A stretch of DNA of 64,000 nt, taken from Octopus vulgaris (lineage: Eukaryota). The DNA lies in the NCBI GenBank assembly GCA_951406725.2, contig OX597828.1, forward strand, positions 33,418,001-33,482,000. The letters run 5' to 3'. Each line of letters starts with the position of its first letter. Within the stretch, counting starts at the first letter, position 1. A program made the position numbers and the translations under genes. This document shows, in pieces, positions 40,456 to 53,440 of the stretch. The notes below the pieces were generated by a model that was not told where the DNA came from, did no database searches, and worked only from the letters and a program-made list of their open reading frames with translations.

Positions 40456-40808
40456 TTTGTTTTCTTCTCACTTATTTGTGTCTCTCCTTACTAACCGTCA
40501 CCCATTTTGTATTTCTATTGTATGTCTTCATTTGCGCATGGTTATATCTCTATGTGCGTCTATGTTTATTTAGTGTGTGTGTGTGGGGGGGGGATGCCTG
40601 TAATATTTGTATCTTCTGTTTATATACATTCATGTAATTTGTATTTTGTTTTTGTTGTTGTTGCTTTTGTTCTAATTTTGTTCATGTGTTTACATCCACC
40701 CATTATTATCATTACATATGCTTGTATGTATGTATAACAACAATATTAGTAATAATAATAATAAATCTAATCGAAAAAAAATATATATATATACATATAT
40801 ATACATAT

Positions 40809-40877
<69 letters not shown>

Positions 40878-41108
40878 TATACATACATATACATACATAG
40901 ATATATATACATATATATAGTTATTCATTTCTATTTGTTTATTTATCTGTGTATTTATTATGTTTTCAGGATCCTCTATCGTCATATGTTGTGGTGTGTG
41001 CTATTGCTCCATTCTAGTTTTCTATTCAGGCTAGGTATATTTTCTATTATATGTGTAGCTTCTGTAATTTGTCTAATTGTTGCATCTGTTCTATGTGTTG
41101 CATCTGTT

Positions 41109-41586
41109 CTAGATAAACTTAAACTAAGAATTAAGGTTGTTGAAAAGCCAGGTAACCCTATCAAATCTATAATTGGTAGAACCTATCCTTTTAGTAGAAC
41201 CCTCTGTACGGATAACTATTGCACTGTATGTAGATTTAGCCCACAAACAAACTGTAAAGCCAGAAATGTAGTCTATAGTATAAGATTATAGAGGGACGAT
41301 GCAGTAACAAGACAGTAACATACGTAGGGGAAACAGCAAGAAGCATAGGAGAGCGGGTGAATGACATTGGAGACAACTCAAGGAAGGTAAAAGCTCATCG
41401 ATTCTGTACCAACACGCCGAACAGGAACACGGGGGATCAATCAATAACATAGAGATTAAGATATTGTCCACACATAGAACAGATGCAACAATTAGACAAA
41501 TTACAGAAGCTACACATATAATAGAAAATAAACCTAGCCTGAATAGAAAACTAAAATGGAGCAATAGCACACACCACAACATATGA
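41109..41586 (+). pseudogene. PLE GIY-YIG endonuclease domain, frameshifted
   Basis: [12 protein letters not shown]...C..C..C...[11 protein letters not shown] / TYVGETARSIGERV / HWRQLKEGKSSSILYQHAEQEHGG...[32 protein letters not shown]. Confidence 0.9.
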
Positions 41587-41676
41587 CGATAGAGGATCCT
41601 GAAAACATAATAAATACACAGATAAATAAACAAATAGAAATGAATAACTATATATATGTATATATATCTGTGTATG

Positions 41677-41710
<34 letters not shown>

Positions 41711-42097
41711 TATATATATATGTATATGTGTATATATGTGTGTATATGTATATATATGTATATATATATTTTTTTTCGATTAGATTTATTATTATTATTA
41801 TTACTAATATTGTTGTTATACATACATACAAGCATATGTAATGATAATAATGGGTGGATGTAAACACATGAACAAAATTAGAACAAAAGCAACAACAACA
41901 AAAACAAAATACAAATTACAAGAATGTATATAAACAGAAGATACAAATATTACAGGCATCCCCCACACACACACACACACTAAATAAACATAGACGCACA
42001 TAGAGATATAAGCATGCGCAAATGAAGACATACAATAGAAATACAAAATGGGTGACGGTTAGTAAGGAGAGACACAAATAAGTGAGAAGAAAACAAA

Positions 42098-42142
42098 GGA
42101 CCACTGATGCGGTCACAGGAGTGTGACGAAAGAACTCTGGCC
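42098..42142 (+). ncRNA. Variant type I hammerhead motif in the PLE pseudo-LTR
   Basis: GGACCA-CTGATGC-G-GTCACA(ggag)TGTGAC-GAAA-GAAC-TC-TGGCC. Perfect 6-bp stem II and a CUC cleavage triplet; core A9 is replaced by C. Confidence 0.65.
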
Positions 42143-42330
42143 GAAATAAGATTAAGATTAATGTAAAAAATAAATATCACTGAAGCAAAATAACACCAAA
42201 TATATAATGCGTGTGTTTTTATTGGCTAAACTGGCAATATGACCATTCCGAAATATAACAATATCTGTTTCAACACACGACTTCACATAAAAAATCTTGC
42301 ACAACAAATATTTAAACGTATATATATATA

Positions 42331-42374
<44 letters not shown>

Positions 42375-42651
42375 CATACATATATATATATATATATATA
42401 TGAATGTATGTACCGATGTATGCATAATTTTGTTTAATATGCGCCATACAGCTAAATTCCTCTGTTTGTCATCCTATTCTGGATCAAAAAACGGAATAAT
42501 TATAATGTAAGGCCTACAATGGAATAAAATGTTTATAAACTCTAAATCGTAGCATGTATTACGTGCGTTATTGAAATGATTTCAGGAACAGAGATTTATA
42601 TTTTTTTTGTTTCTGTATATATACATGTGTATGCATACATATTAATGATAC

Positions 42652-42729
<78 letters not shown>

Positions 42730-42771
42730 CATGCATAAATATATAATGTACATATATGTTTAGAGATAGAT

Positions 42772-42879
<108 letters not shown>

Positions 42880-43481
42880 TGTGTATATGTACAAGCATAT
42901 ATGATTGAAATATTGAAAAGCGTTGATGTTAATATCAATACAGAATGTTTTATTTTCAAGTTTACATGGAGGACAAAGATCTCCTCACATCTCTCCAAAC
43001 ACTATTAACTTTTATAAATATAAACATTGAAATGAAGCACGAAAGGCGAATGGAAATTTAGTTTCCGTGAAAAGAAGAGATCGCATGTAGAAAGAGCTGT
43101 TAAAAAAAAGGGATCCAGGGAATCAAAAGAAGACTTCCTTAAAATCAAATATTGAATCTTACGAGCGACTTATTAGAAAATGCATGCGAAATTCTGAACT
43201 CAAGCATTAACCTTCCCTATTTTTCACAACATTAAAATAATATTTTAAAAAAGACATGGTGTCCTATCAACAAATTCTAAATAAGAAAAAAAAACTAAAG
43301 TTATACTCTGAATAATATATTGATTATGAGTCAAGAGAGATCGAAGATCCAAGGTTAATTGCCGAAAATTTTAGTAGGTTTTTATATTTCTATGTAGGAA
43401 TTGACGTGGCTGTTTAGCTAAGAACCCAGCTTTTCTAGTCAGCGGTTTCTGATTCAGTCGTACTGCGCGGATATATATATA

Positions 43482-44746
43482 TAGGGGTTGGACAAAATAA
43501 TGGAAACATCTTAAAATTTCTGACAATGTTGGGTAGGACCGCCTCCGGCAGTAATTACAGGTTGAATTGTATGATGTATGGACTCGTACGAAGATTGAAT
43601 TGTTTGCAAAGGAATTTTTGTCCATTCTTCAACTAAAACAATCTCCAGTTCTTGTAGTGATTATGGTAGAGGATGTCCATTGCTTACTTGTTTTTCTAAA
43701 ATACACCATAAATATTTTATAATATTGAGATCTTGGGACTGTGGTGACCAGATAAGATGTTCAACTTCACTAGAATGTTCTTCGTGCCATTCAGTAACAA
43801 CTTTAGCAGTGGGATTTGGTGCACCATCATCCTGAAAGATTGCATTTCCCTCCGGAAACAGTTCCACAACCATAGGATGAATTTGATCAGATAACATACT
43901 TAAATAGCCTTGACTATTAACTCTGCCATCAAGGCGAAACATTGGGCCGGCGAATTTCTAAGATATAGCGTCCCCCCCTAGATCATCACAGATCCTCCTC
44001 CATGTTTAACAGTTGGAAGAAGGCAGTCTGGATCAAATGTTTCCTTTGGCTGTCTCCACAGGTATACTCGGCCAGTGGTCAGAAATAAAGTAAAGGATCA
44101 CTCGTCCGAGAAAATAATATTATTCCACTGCTCTAGGGACCAATTCTGTAGGTTTTTACTCTACTCTAAACACTTTGCAACGTTTGTTTTTGAAAGTGGT
44201 GATGTTCTGATAGCAGCTCACCCGTGAAATCCGGTTTTGTGCAAGCTCCCGACGAACAGTTTTTGTGGAAACTAGGTTCTTGAGGTGGTCATTAAGCTCT
44301 GCAGTAATTTTGGGGAGCTGAACTTTTGTGATCCTTTCTACGATTCCGACGGTCCCTATTTGAATGTTTTGTTTTTCTTCTAGAGTTTTGTTTCGACGAG
44401 GAAGCTTTTCCCTCTTTCTCAAAGGCTGTCATTACTTTCGAGACAGTACTTCTTGATACACCAAACATTTCAGCTGTTTTCGTTATGTTAGTGAGCACTA
44501 ACAATTGCACTAACAATTGCACATCTTTGAAAGTCTAATAGATCTGTCAGCTTAATGAATTTTAATTACTTTTTCTGATGATATCTGAAAAGAAACAGCA
44601 ATTTTAGCAAAGCATGTTAAGCAACGCTAATTATAAATCAAAACACATAAAGATAAAGAGGCTTTTGATGGTTTTATAGATATTTCAAAATTATGATGCT
44701 ATGTCGTTTCCATTAATGGTGTTTCCATTATTTTGTCCAACACCTG
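43482..44746 (-). mobile_element. Tc1-like transposon, full length with TIRs, decayed transposase
   Basis: TIRs AGGGGTTGGACAAAATAATGGAAACA / TGTTTCCATTATTTTGTCCAACACCTG. ORF pieces TKTAEMFGVSRSTVSKVM, ITAELNDHLKNLVSTKTVRREL, IFQDDGAP, WSPQSQDLNII..LW. Confidence 0.93.
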
Positions 44747-44748
44747 TG

Positions 44749-44816
<68 letters not shown>

Positions 44817-44819
44817 GAA

Positions 44820-45150
44820 GGCGCATAGTTTAGTGGTTAGACCCTCTCGCTCTTAATCGTGAGTTTGTGAGTTCTATTCTCGGGCCGGGCTGTGTGCTGT
44901 GTTCTTGAGAAGACACTTTATTTCTCATTCCTCTAGTTACCTCAGTTGTAGAAATGGTGCCACGCTGGTGCCAAGGTGTATCGGTCTTTGCCTTGCTCTT
45001 GGATAGGATCTGTGTCGTGGGGAGGCTAGTGTGCATGATGAGCAACTGCTGGTCTTCTATAAACAACCTTGCTCGAACTTGTGCCTCAGAGGGAAACTTT
45101 CTAGTTACAATCCCACAGTAATTCATGACCGAAGTGGTTCTTTACCCTTT
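44820..45150 (+). mobile_element. SINE family C
   Basis: GGCGCATAGTTTAGTGGTTAG...GAGTTCTATTCT...TTCTTGAGAAGACACTTTATTTC. Tail ATTCATGACCGAAG is like 29665. Confidence 0.8.
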
Positions 45151-46617
45151 AATTTTATATAACGTAAAAACCCTCGTAATTTGTGCACCTGTGTAATTTA
45201 CGCAGGTGATTTTCAGGATAAAAAATTGCTGAAATAAAGCTTTACTCGTGTAAAAATTGACACCCAAAAGTTTTCAGAATTGCCGATTTGGCCAGGGGAA
45301 AAGATTTTTTGATTTAGTTGTATTTAGCATAATTTCACTTACGTATGATTAGATTTTATTAAATTTTCATTAAATAAAAATAATTTCTGTTTAACAGGTA
45401 TTACATTGAAAGCTATTAAATTACGAAGTGTTTGTGTTGTTTATAATAAACTTTATTTTACATTTCTTGCCCACAAGAGATTATATCCGATCTTTAGCAT
45501 TCTTCTGTATGTCTTCTCAAATCACGATCACATGAAAAGTTGTTGATAATTCTTATCAATAAAGACAAAGCTGACACATACGCACAAGTGTTGCAAAATA
45601 AATTTAATTACCAATAAACATCATCTTAGATGACACTTTACTCAACCGTCAGACGAAGGTGACCGATCAAACTGATTATGTAAATAGAATTCTGATTAGT
45701 CGAAAGTGTCTTCTTGTCTCTAGCTCTGATTTTCTGCCTATTTTTTGCCGGAACCTTGAATACAGAGTACCGAAATTTTAATCCTTTTCACACTTGTAAA
45801 ATTCCAAGCAAACTTTAAAATTTTCCATAACCATTTCAGCCGGGAGACCAAACTGACAGTTTGGTAACCCGCTAAAATAAACATTAAAAATTGAAAGGAG
45901 AAGATAACAGCTTTGCAAGTTTAACTCAGTGTCTATTGAACAAAAGAGGTGCGAAATTTAATAAGCGACTTATTAGAATATACACTAATATACAAGAATA
46001 GCAAAAATCTACTATGCCAAAAGAACTGGTAATACATATATTACAAGAGTTCAATCAAGAAAACATAAGATTGCTGCATAATTCAACATGAATGTGAAAC
46101 GACATTAAACATCGCATAAGGTAAATGAAGGTTTCTATACGAACGCTAGGTCATATTCACTTAATGAGTTTCCATGCACAAGGATGAAGTATGATGTTGT
46201 CGTCAGCGTTAGATGCAGTAAGAGCTGGTAGCGGCGATGTCAACGGTGATGAATATCATTGTCCTAACACGGAGAAAGCGAGCAATAGCTTCCATGGAGG
46301 AAAACTCAAGCTAGGCTTCTTAAGCGGCGAAAAACAGATCTGTTTAAGGATATTGCTGGGCTCCATTGCGATAGGTAGAGATTCCAAGCAATGTAAAATA
46401 TGGCCCGGGTCGTGATTACTAGTATGAACGTCAAACTTCAAAACGTAGCTGTCCATTTAATGGTTTTAGTAAATTTATACAGAAAAAGTAAGCATTATAC
46501 TGTCCAGCATAAATAAAAGTCAACTTCATTATAATTTTTTCTGTAAAAACGTATTCTAACATTAAATAAGTCAACTTTCTGTACTAATGTTTACATTTGT
46601 ACGTCATTTTTCTACAA

Positions 46618-46657
<40 letters not shown>

Positions 46658-46755
46658 CATATGTATATGTATGTATATATCTAGATATATATATATATAT
46701 ATAAAGAGAGAGAGCGAGAGAGAGAGATTTATACATGCATAAATACATACATATA

Positions 46756-46803
<48 letters not shown>

Positions 46804-47221
46804 GGTATGTATACGTATGTAATATATATTTATATATAATTGTGTGTATGTGCATTTGTATGTAAATGTGTGTGTATATTATATACTCATATACACATGT
46901 ATATGTACACACATATACACACAGAAATACACTCACATGTATATACATATAAAGACTAAATGACGTGTGTGCGTATGTATGCCTTGTTTGAGTGCGTACA
47001 ACTACTCGCTTGTACATGCGATTATATTATAATTTTATTGTGCCGCATGATGTGACTTTGTCGCCTTTATGGTGATTATTATTTCAGTTTCTCTCAAATA
47101 ATAATAATTATGCCACCATCACATATTTATTACTCGCCATCGCAGACAGCAGACATGTTACAAAATCACTAAACGAATTAATGAGAGAGAAAAATCGATG
47201 TTTCGACGAATTTTTAGAGAC

Positions 47222-47537
47222 CTAGAAGAAGAAAGAAGAAGAAGAAGAAGAAGAAGGAGGAGGAGGAGGAGAAGAAGAAGAAGAAGAAGAAGAAGAAGAA
47301 GAAGAAGAAGAAGAAGAAGAAGAAGAAGAAGAAGAAGAAGAAGGAGAACAAGAACAAGAACAAGAAGAATAAGAACAAGAAGAAGAAGAATAAAACGATG
47401 GTAAAGGAAGGTAAGGGAGAAAGAGTTAAGAAGAAAAAGAAGAAGAAGAAGAAGGAGAAGAAGGAGAAGGAGGAGGAGGGTGGAGAAGGAAGAGGAGGAG
47501 GAAGAAGAGGAGGTGCGGAGGAGGAGAAGAGGAAGAA

Positions 47538-47568
<31 letters not shown>

Positions 47569-47840
47569 AAGAAGAAGAAGAAGAAGAAGAAGAAGAAGAA
47601 GAAGAAGAAGAAGAAGAAGGGGAAGAAGATTTTGATGACGATGATGAATAATTATAACAACAACATCAACAATAACGACTACGGCAAGAATAATAATGAT
47701 AGCAACCTCAGCAACAACAGCAACAACAACAACAACAAGACAAATGCTGTGAAGATGGTAAAAGTAAATGAAGTAAAAGAAAGAAAGAAAGAAAGAAAGA
47801 AAGAAAAGAAAAGAAAAGGAAAGGAAAGGAAAGAAGATTA
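47222..47840. repeat. Compound (GAA)n/(GGA)n/(AAC)n/(GAAA)n purine-rich tract
   Basis: Direct reading; ~400 bp almost purine-only on the + strand. Confidence 0.95.
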
Positions 47841-48193
47841 GCAAAAAAAAGTTAATTTATGCAAGAATACAGTCTATTCAACGTGTTATATATTCTTTCC
47901 ACCTATAAATATTGCTAGATAATTACGAAAATTTCCGTAAACCACATGATCTAAATTTGTATGAGAAAACATTGATTTTAATTAACTCTTTGTGAATAGT
48001 ATTGCATGATTTGTTTGCCGTACGGTGTTCGCAACATAATTATTATCTTTTGTTTATAGTCAAATTTATATCGTTATAGAAAGTAAGACTTGTGTATAAG
48101 TTGATTAAACGCCAAAGGAAATATCGTGTTGCATTACCTTATTTCGGTCTCACTATTTCGGTCTCAGAGTGGGATAAGGATTACGATAATCCT

Positions 48194-48516
48194 TAAAGTG
48201 ATAGTGTGTTGTCAACTTAATGTGACAGTCCCATAAAAGGGAAGAATGCTACTGTTATTTAGCCCTAGCGAACACCGTTTCCTGTTGGACTTGACACATT
48301 TCCTGTGTCCTTACATTTTCAAAGTGGAGACAAGCATCTCCACCCAGCAAAACCAGCATTCAGGGACTAGATTTCAGAGTCATTACTTTGAAAACATTAG
48401 GACACATGAAATGTGTCAAATCCAACAGGAAACGATGTTTCCTGGGGCTAAATAACAGTAGCATTCTTCCCTTTTATGGGACTCTCGCATTAAGTTGACA
48501 ACATGCTATCACTTTA
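48194..48516. mobile_element. Foldback MITE-like palindrome, same family as 39566-39814
   Basis: TAAAGTGATAG..TGTTGTCAACTTAATG..AGTCCCATAAAAGGGAAGAATGCTACTGTTATTTAGCCC is mirrored at 48445-48516. Spacer is ~55 bp. Confidence 0.9.
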
Positions 48517-51182
48517 TCGTACTGCTACTGCATAAACCTCTCTGAGAGATTTAGAAATATATTTTCACGATAATCCTTGGGTGTATGTCTGAGTAATTTA
48601 TTTCTCAGTATTTCTGACTGTTGACACCCAGTATGTTATTGCACACTTTTTTTTATATCCACATAGTGGCAAGTACGCAAAGACAATGCGTAAATAAGGA
48701 GGTTTAATAAGACTGAAACATGTTCCAAGTTATCGACCGTACTTGCCAAGACCAGGTTATAGCAATATTAATCATTGAGCTATTTAATTAGATTATGTTC
48801 TTCACTACATTAAATATGTGAAGGATCGTAGCCGAGTGGTAAGACGATCGTAGCCGAGTGGTAAGACTATCGTAAGATGATGAATTCAGTTCCTGGAGTG
48901 GGAGGTGTATTGTGTTCCTGTGCAAAGACTTCATCTTAGCTGCTCTTGTCTGCTCAGATACAGCTAAGCAACAGTCGAGTGTTGGGAAGTAGACTTTTCT
49001 CCAGCTTTCAGTTCCTTAATGCTTATCTCTATCGAGCATGAGCGGACCGAGACTACAGATGCACCCAAAGCAATTAATGAAATTATAGTACATGTTACGA
49101 AATCGCAATTGCTTGCGAGTGAACTGTGTGGTTTTACTTTCAATAGGAGAAAACCAATTTGATGTTTTCTGGGAAGTTAGGTGTTTGCAGCGAAAATCTC
49201 TGAGCAATAAAATCTAATAAAATCTAAATATTCTGGAAGTTGTATCCCGTATTCCAAGATATCAGACTTCCTTTACCATTGCATTAAATATTTAATTGAT
49301 TTTAATAAATTCTAGAGTGAGCTCCCATCTCTTCTTTTAACCGGAGTTACACCATGGCGATAATGATTGCATTTTTCTCACACTGGATGCAGTTATACTT
49401 GATAAAAATTATTTGGTTCAACCACATTATGTTAACGTCCAATTTACTAATAACCATTATAGTTTATTTGCTCACAGAAGCAGCTAATGTAACACTAGTC
49501 TTTAGAGATTTTAATTTACTCGTTTATAATAGTGGCAAATGTTAACTTTGCCTGTAGAGTAAACAGTAAGATCAGAAGAATCTGATGAAGCTCTGTATTA
49601 GCAATTAGTGAGTGCAAACAGTTCAAAAATGGACAAAATTGGTTTCCAGTGAGCAAAGGAAATCTAACGTTTAGGGTTTGTGAATTGATTGTATAGGCCT
49701 GCTGCTTCTAGTTTTACTGCAACGTAAAATGTGATATTCGTTGCCGCTATTGTGTAGCTACAAATACTGCAAATACTAGCCCAGTGATAGAAGTCACAAT
49801 GTAGGAATTTACGTGTTTGATTCGCTAGGATGTCAAGCTAAACATTGTGGTTTCCAATCCAGCCAACATTAATTTTGTCTTTCATTTTTTTTTTCAGTAT
49901 GAATAAAAGTATCAGAAATGCATTTGGACCGATGCTATCGGCTGACCAACTCCCACAAAGTTCAGGCCTTGCATCTATGCTAGAAATGATTATTAAAGGA
50001 ATTCAACTCGTATATTGCATAATAAACAACTCAACCGAATCTTACAAACTCCGGGAACTTTTGTTAAATCAAACATTGTTGTCGCTTTGGTGTGACCGGC
50101 TTTAACTCACTGAAGAAAAACTTAAGCCAAAATCCTGAAATAAACTTTTTGTTCTGCTTGTTAATGCCAACTCTATAGGCATAAAATGGGAAGATCTCAC
50201 CGACATGATAATGTTTAAAACCGGATTCTAACCTATCTACCTGTGGCTCAGGTATTAAGTTTGTAGGAAAAGGACATGGCCTATGATTCATCCAACATCT
50301 TACCAGTTCTTATTTTATCAAGGTGAAAGGAAGAAGAGCAAATTTGAGCCTAGGGGGAGATCTGAAAACAGAATGCTAAGGATCGTAAATAGCAGATTCT
50401 ATACATTTAGATTGAGCTCTGCATACTTCCTTCCATTTGCTAGTTTAGTACCATTTTTTCTTACCGTGCATTCGCGAGCGAAGATTTAGAGAGAGAGAGA
50501 GAGAGGGAGAGAGGGAGAGAGAAAGAGATATCCACATCTGTTGCAGGCTTGTTGATGCCTGACCAGTACGGTTCGGGATGAATGGGCACGACCTCAGAGG
50601 CTACATGAGAAAATAACTGCCAGGGTTGGTTATAAAGAAAATAATAACAAATTGGTTCTATATTACAGTATTGTACACCTTTATCATGCCAAGATATCGG
50701 CAAAGGATATGGATATGCACCACCACAATCTAGAAATGCTAGAAATGATTTGTGGACGTGTAAACGACGCTATTGTTCACCAGTTTCCATATAAAATAAG
50801 ATATAAGCAAATAGATACACTTAGTCTTACGATGGGTATTGTTTTAGCCTAAAAGCCAAGTTAATAACAGCACATAATTCGAAACTAATCTATCGCAATT
50901 CAATTTCTAGTTTCTTTAATCTATTCTCAAGTGTAATCCAATTCCTAATCACGTGCTCTAATTTTCTTGGGTTTTAACCCAAAACATTGTTCTTAGCTTT
51001 GCTTATACAAAATAGATTATATTGTATGTCGTATAATGGAAATATAAATGGTATCTTTTATTTCGTTTTATTATATACGTTGATCAAATAATTAAATAAA
51101 TATTTTGTTTTTATCCTTTCTATTTGCCGAAGCTGCATTACTTTTCTCATAACTATTTAACTGTTTATGTCTGTCTGACCCG

Positions 51183-51242
<60 letters not shown>

Positions 51243-51759
51243 AGCTGTTTCTCTATTTATATGACTCTTTCATCCTCTAGATTTCTGCCTTCCTCTTACC
51301 CTCACTCTCATTCTCGATTCTCTCTCATTTTTTTTTTCTTTTTCCTCTTTCTCTCTCTGGCTCTCCGTTGCCAGAAGCTTCTGTGTCACTTTCTACCTCT
51401 CACTTCCTGTCTCTCCCACTCTCCCTCATACACATACTCTCTCTCAACCTCTCCCTCTCAGGAAATTAAGGCCAGATTTTTAGTTAAAATATTCATTTCT
51501 TTTCTAAGGCTATTAACAATCTAAGTGAAAGGAAATAAGGTATATTCAGATATCCACACTGTATCAGAATCTCTACTGATTAATAAATTTCTTTCTCTCA
51601 TTCAGCTCTCATCTAATAAACCAGAACCACTGGCATTTAACTGAACAATAGAGCTTACCATGTTATCCTATTTTGTCGAAGGTATATTAGAAAAGAAAAC
51701 GTCCCTAATTTCGTAGAGAGAGACTTTTAGAGTAAAAAGTTAATTCAGAAATCAAAGGA

Positions 51760-53050
51760 AGTTAGCGGATATAAAAGAGTTCATAAAACAGTTCAATTCA
51801 TAAGATTGCCGTGAAAAGTGAAGATCCTAACGTTTAGGAATGAGAATTTCGTCAGAGAGAAAGACGGTGGCTCTGTGGCTTTGAGGTTTGAGCATGCTTA
51901 CAACAAAATAAATGGAATGATGTGGAATGATTGACGAAATAACGTGAAGAGTGAAATCAAAATGTTTAGAAAGATGATTGATGCAAGCGGGTCCTGAATC
52001 TGAAACACGAGGTAAACGGAGCAGCGGAAACTAAGAATTAAAGAAGATTAAAGAAGTCAGATTGCAGGATGAAGTATGGTCGAACGAGATGCGGCCTGTG
52101 GGCTGGCGTGTGCGTGACAAAGGTTAGTTGTTCGGTTAATGTCGAGGGTTTGAAGGAAAGTGCAGCGTCTGCAATCGATTGTGGGGTCATGTTATTAGAG
52201 GAAAAACTGATGCATTTGCTCCGACTTAATGTGCAAGTCAGAGGCTTTACCGCAAAGATCGTGAAGCAAAATGTATTGCATAAAGAAGATGACAGTAGAT
52301 GTGGAGTATGGGACATAGGAGGGACAGAGGTCAGCAAACCAGTGAGTTAACACTGAACAGAAGAATACAGATGGATAGAGGAGAGAGGAATGGATTCCAC
52401 TGTTGATATGAGTAAGATGGCGCCGATTTAATCGGCAGAGTGTCCGTACAGTTCATCCCAGTATACCGGCCTCAAGTGTGGTTCTCAGTGACCTGGATAC
52501 CTATGTGTATTCAATGCATTTATTTCTAAAAATACAAAGGGAGAAGGCGGTTAAGATGAAGACGAGTTCAACGAGGTGGTGATATTTGGGGATACTAGAT
52601 TCGAGTCTACTGCGGCAGACCAAAGAAATTCAAGACAGAAGATCTTTTTTCGAGAGGGATGATAGAGCTAATGATTTAATATTGACAATGAAGAGACGTT
52701 TATGATGTCCAAATAAGAAGGGAAAACAAGTGAAGAAATCAAGGGCTCACTGGTATGAGCGCAAAGGACGGCAGCTTTTTGTAACATTAGAGTGCTAAGG
52801 TATATAGAAACAAGGGGTGATGGTCACTGAGAATGCCAGACTTGTGAAGTTCGTAGAGGAATTAGATGGAAGAGGTTTGAAGATTTTAATGATGTGATCG
52901 GTGGCTTTGAAAGGAAGTAGGGAGATTGAGGTGGACTGGAGTACTGAAGTGACTATAGGATTCTGGTTGTGAACAGCATTATTTTTGAAGAGTTTATAAT
53001 AGCAACGAGGATGGAGTTTCCTCTTTTGTGGCTTATTAATAAAATAAGAT
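51760..53050 (-). pseudogene. Degraded LINE (CR1/Jockey-like) APE endonuclease and linker
   Basis: GC-richer block. The minus strand shows TLD- and (S/F)DH-like remnants followed by a CF..D linker pattern. Heavily frameshifted. Confidence 0.4.
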
Positions 53051-53109
53051 GGTATGATCATGGCCAGAATATCTTGTGATTATGTTTGTCCGCTCAGGAC
53101 TGACCCGGA

Positions 53110-53440
53110 ATCAAACAGGAGATATTGCAGCCACTCTTCTCTTGTGAACATGTACCGTATTCTCACTAATCACTTTCGGTGTTGAAGCATTCGCGATGAG
53201 ACACAGACTCCCTCTCCTCGTGCCCCTTCCTCTTGACCAATACAGCATCAAGAATGTGACAGTAAAAGAAGAATGTGCTGAACCAGTATTCAGGTTGCTA
53301 CTACTCACATTTGAGAACAAGAGAGCAACATGAAATTATATGTTTTCATCACGAACGCAACATGCCACCCGATCCAAAGATTGAACCCATTGACCTAACG
53401 ATCATGATACAGACACTCTAATCACCAGGCTACACGCTTT
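53110..53440 (-). mobile_element. Degraded tRNA-derived SINE, family C-like
   Basis: Minus strand AAAGCGTGTAGCCTGGTGATTAGAGTG...GGGTTCAATC...CATGTTGCGTTC. Confidence 0.55.

Larger units (their letters stand above)
40301..42319 (+). mobile_element. 5'-truncated Penelope-like element with an inverted ~790-bp copy of its 3' end
   Basis: Arms 40301-41098 and 41470-42252 are near-identical reverse complements. The plus strand from ~41109 encodes the GIY-YIG domain. There is a hammerhead motif in each arm, and both ends lie in (TA)n. Confidence 0.92.

Noticed and set aside
40686-41867. The 201-aa and 193-aa mirror ORFs
   Set aside because: They are antisense readings of the PLE inverted arms through (TA)n. 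Only the last ~60 aa of the plus ORF are real PLE sequence.
45648-45715. CAGACGA...GACCGATCA/TGATTAGTC-GAAA
   Set aside because: The core has CAGA rather than CTGA, there is no stem I, and it is single copy.
45160-46460. Possible pogo/Tc2-like terminus and a 66-aa ORF
   Set aside because: I could not confirm a second TIR or any transposase motif.
48824-48875. Tandem GATCGTAGCCGAGTGGTAAGAC x2
   Set aside because: A local duplication in a degraded SINE head, not an array. No CRISPR-like repeat-spacer structure exists anywhere in the window.
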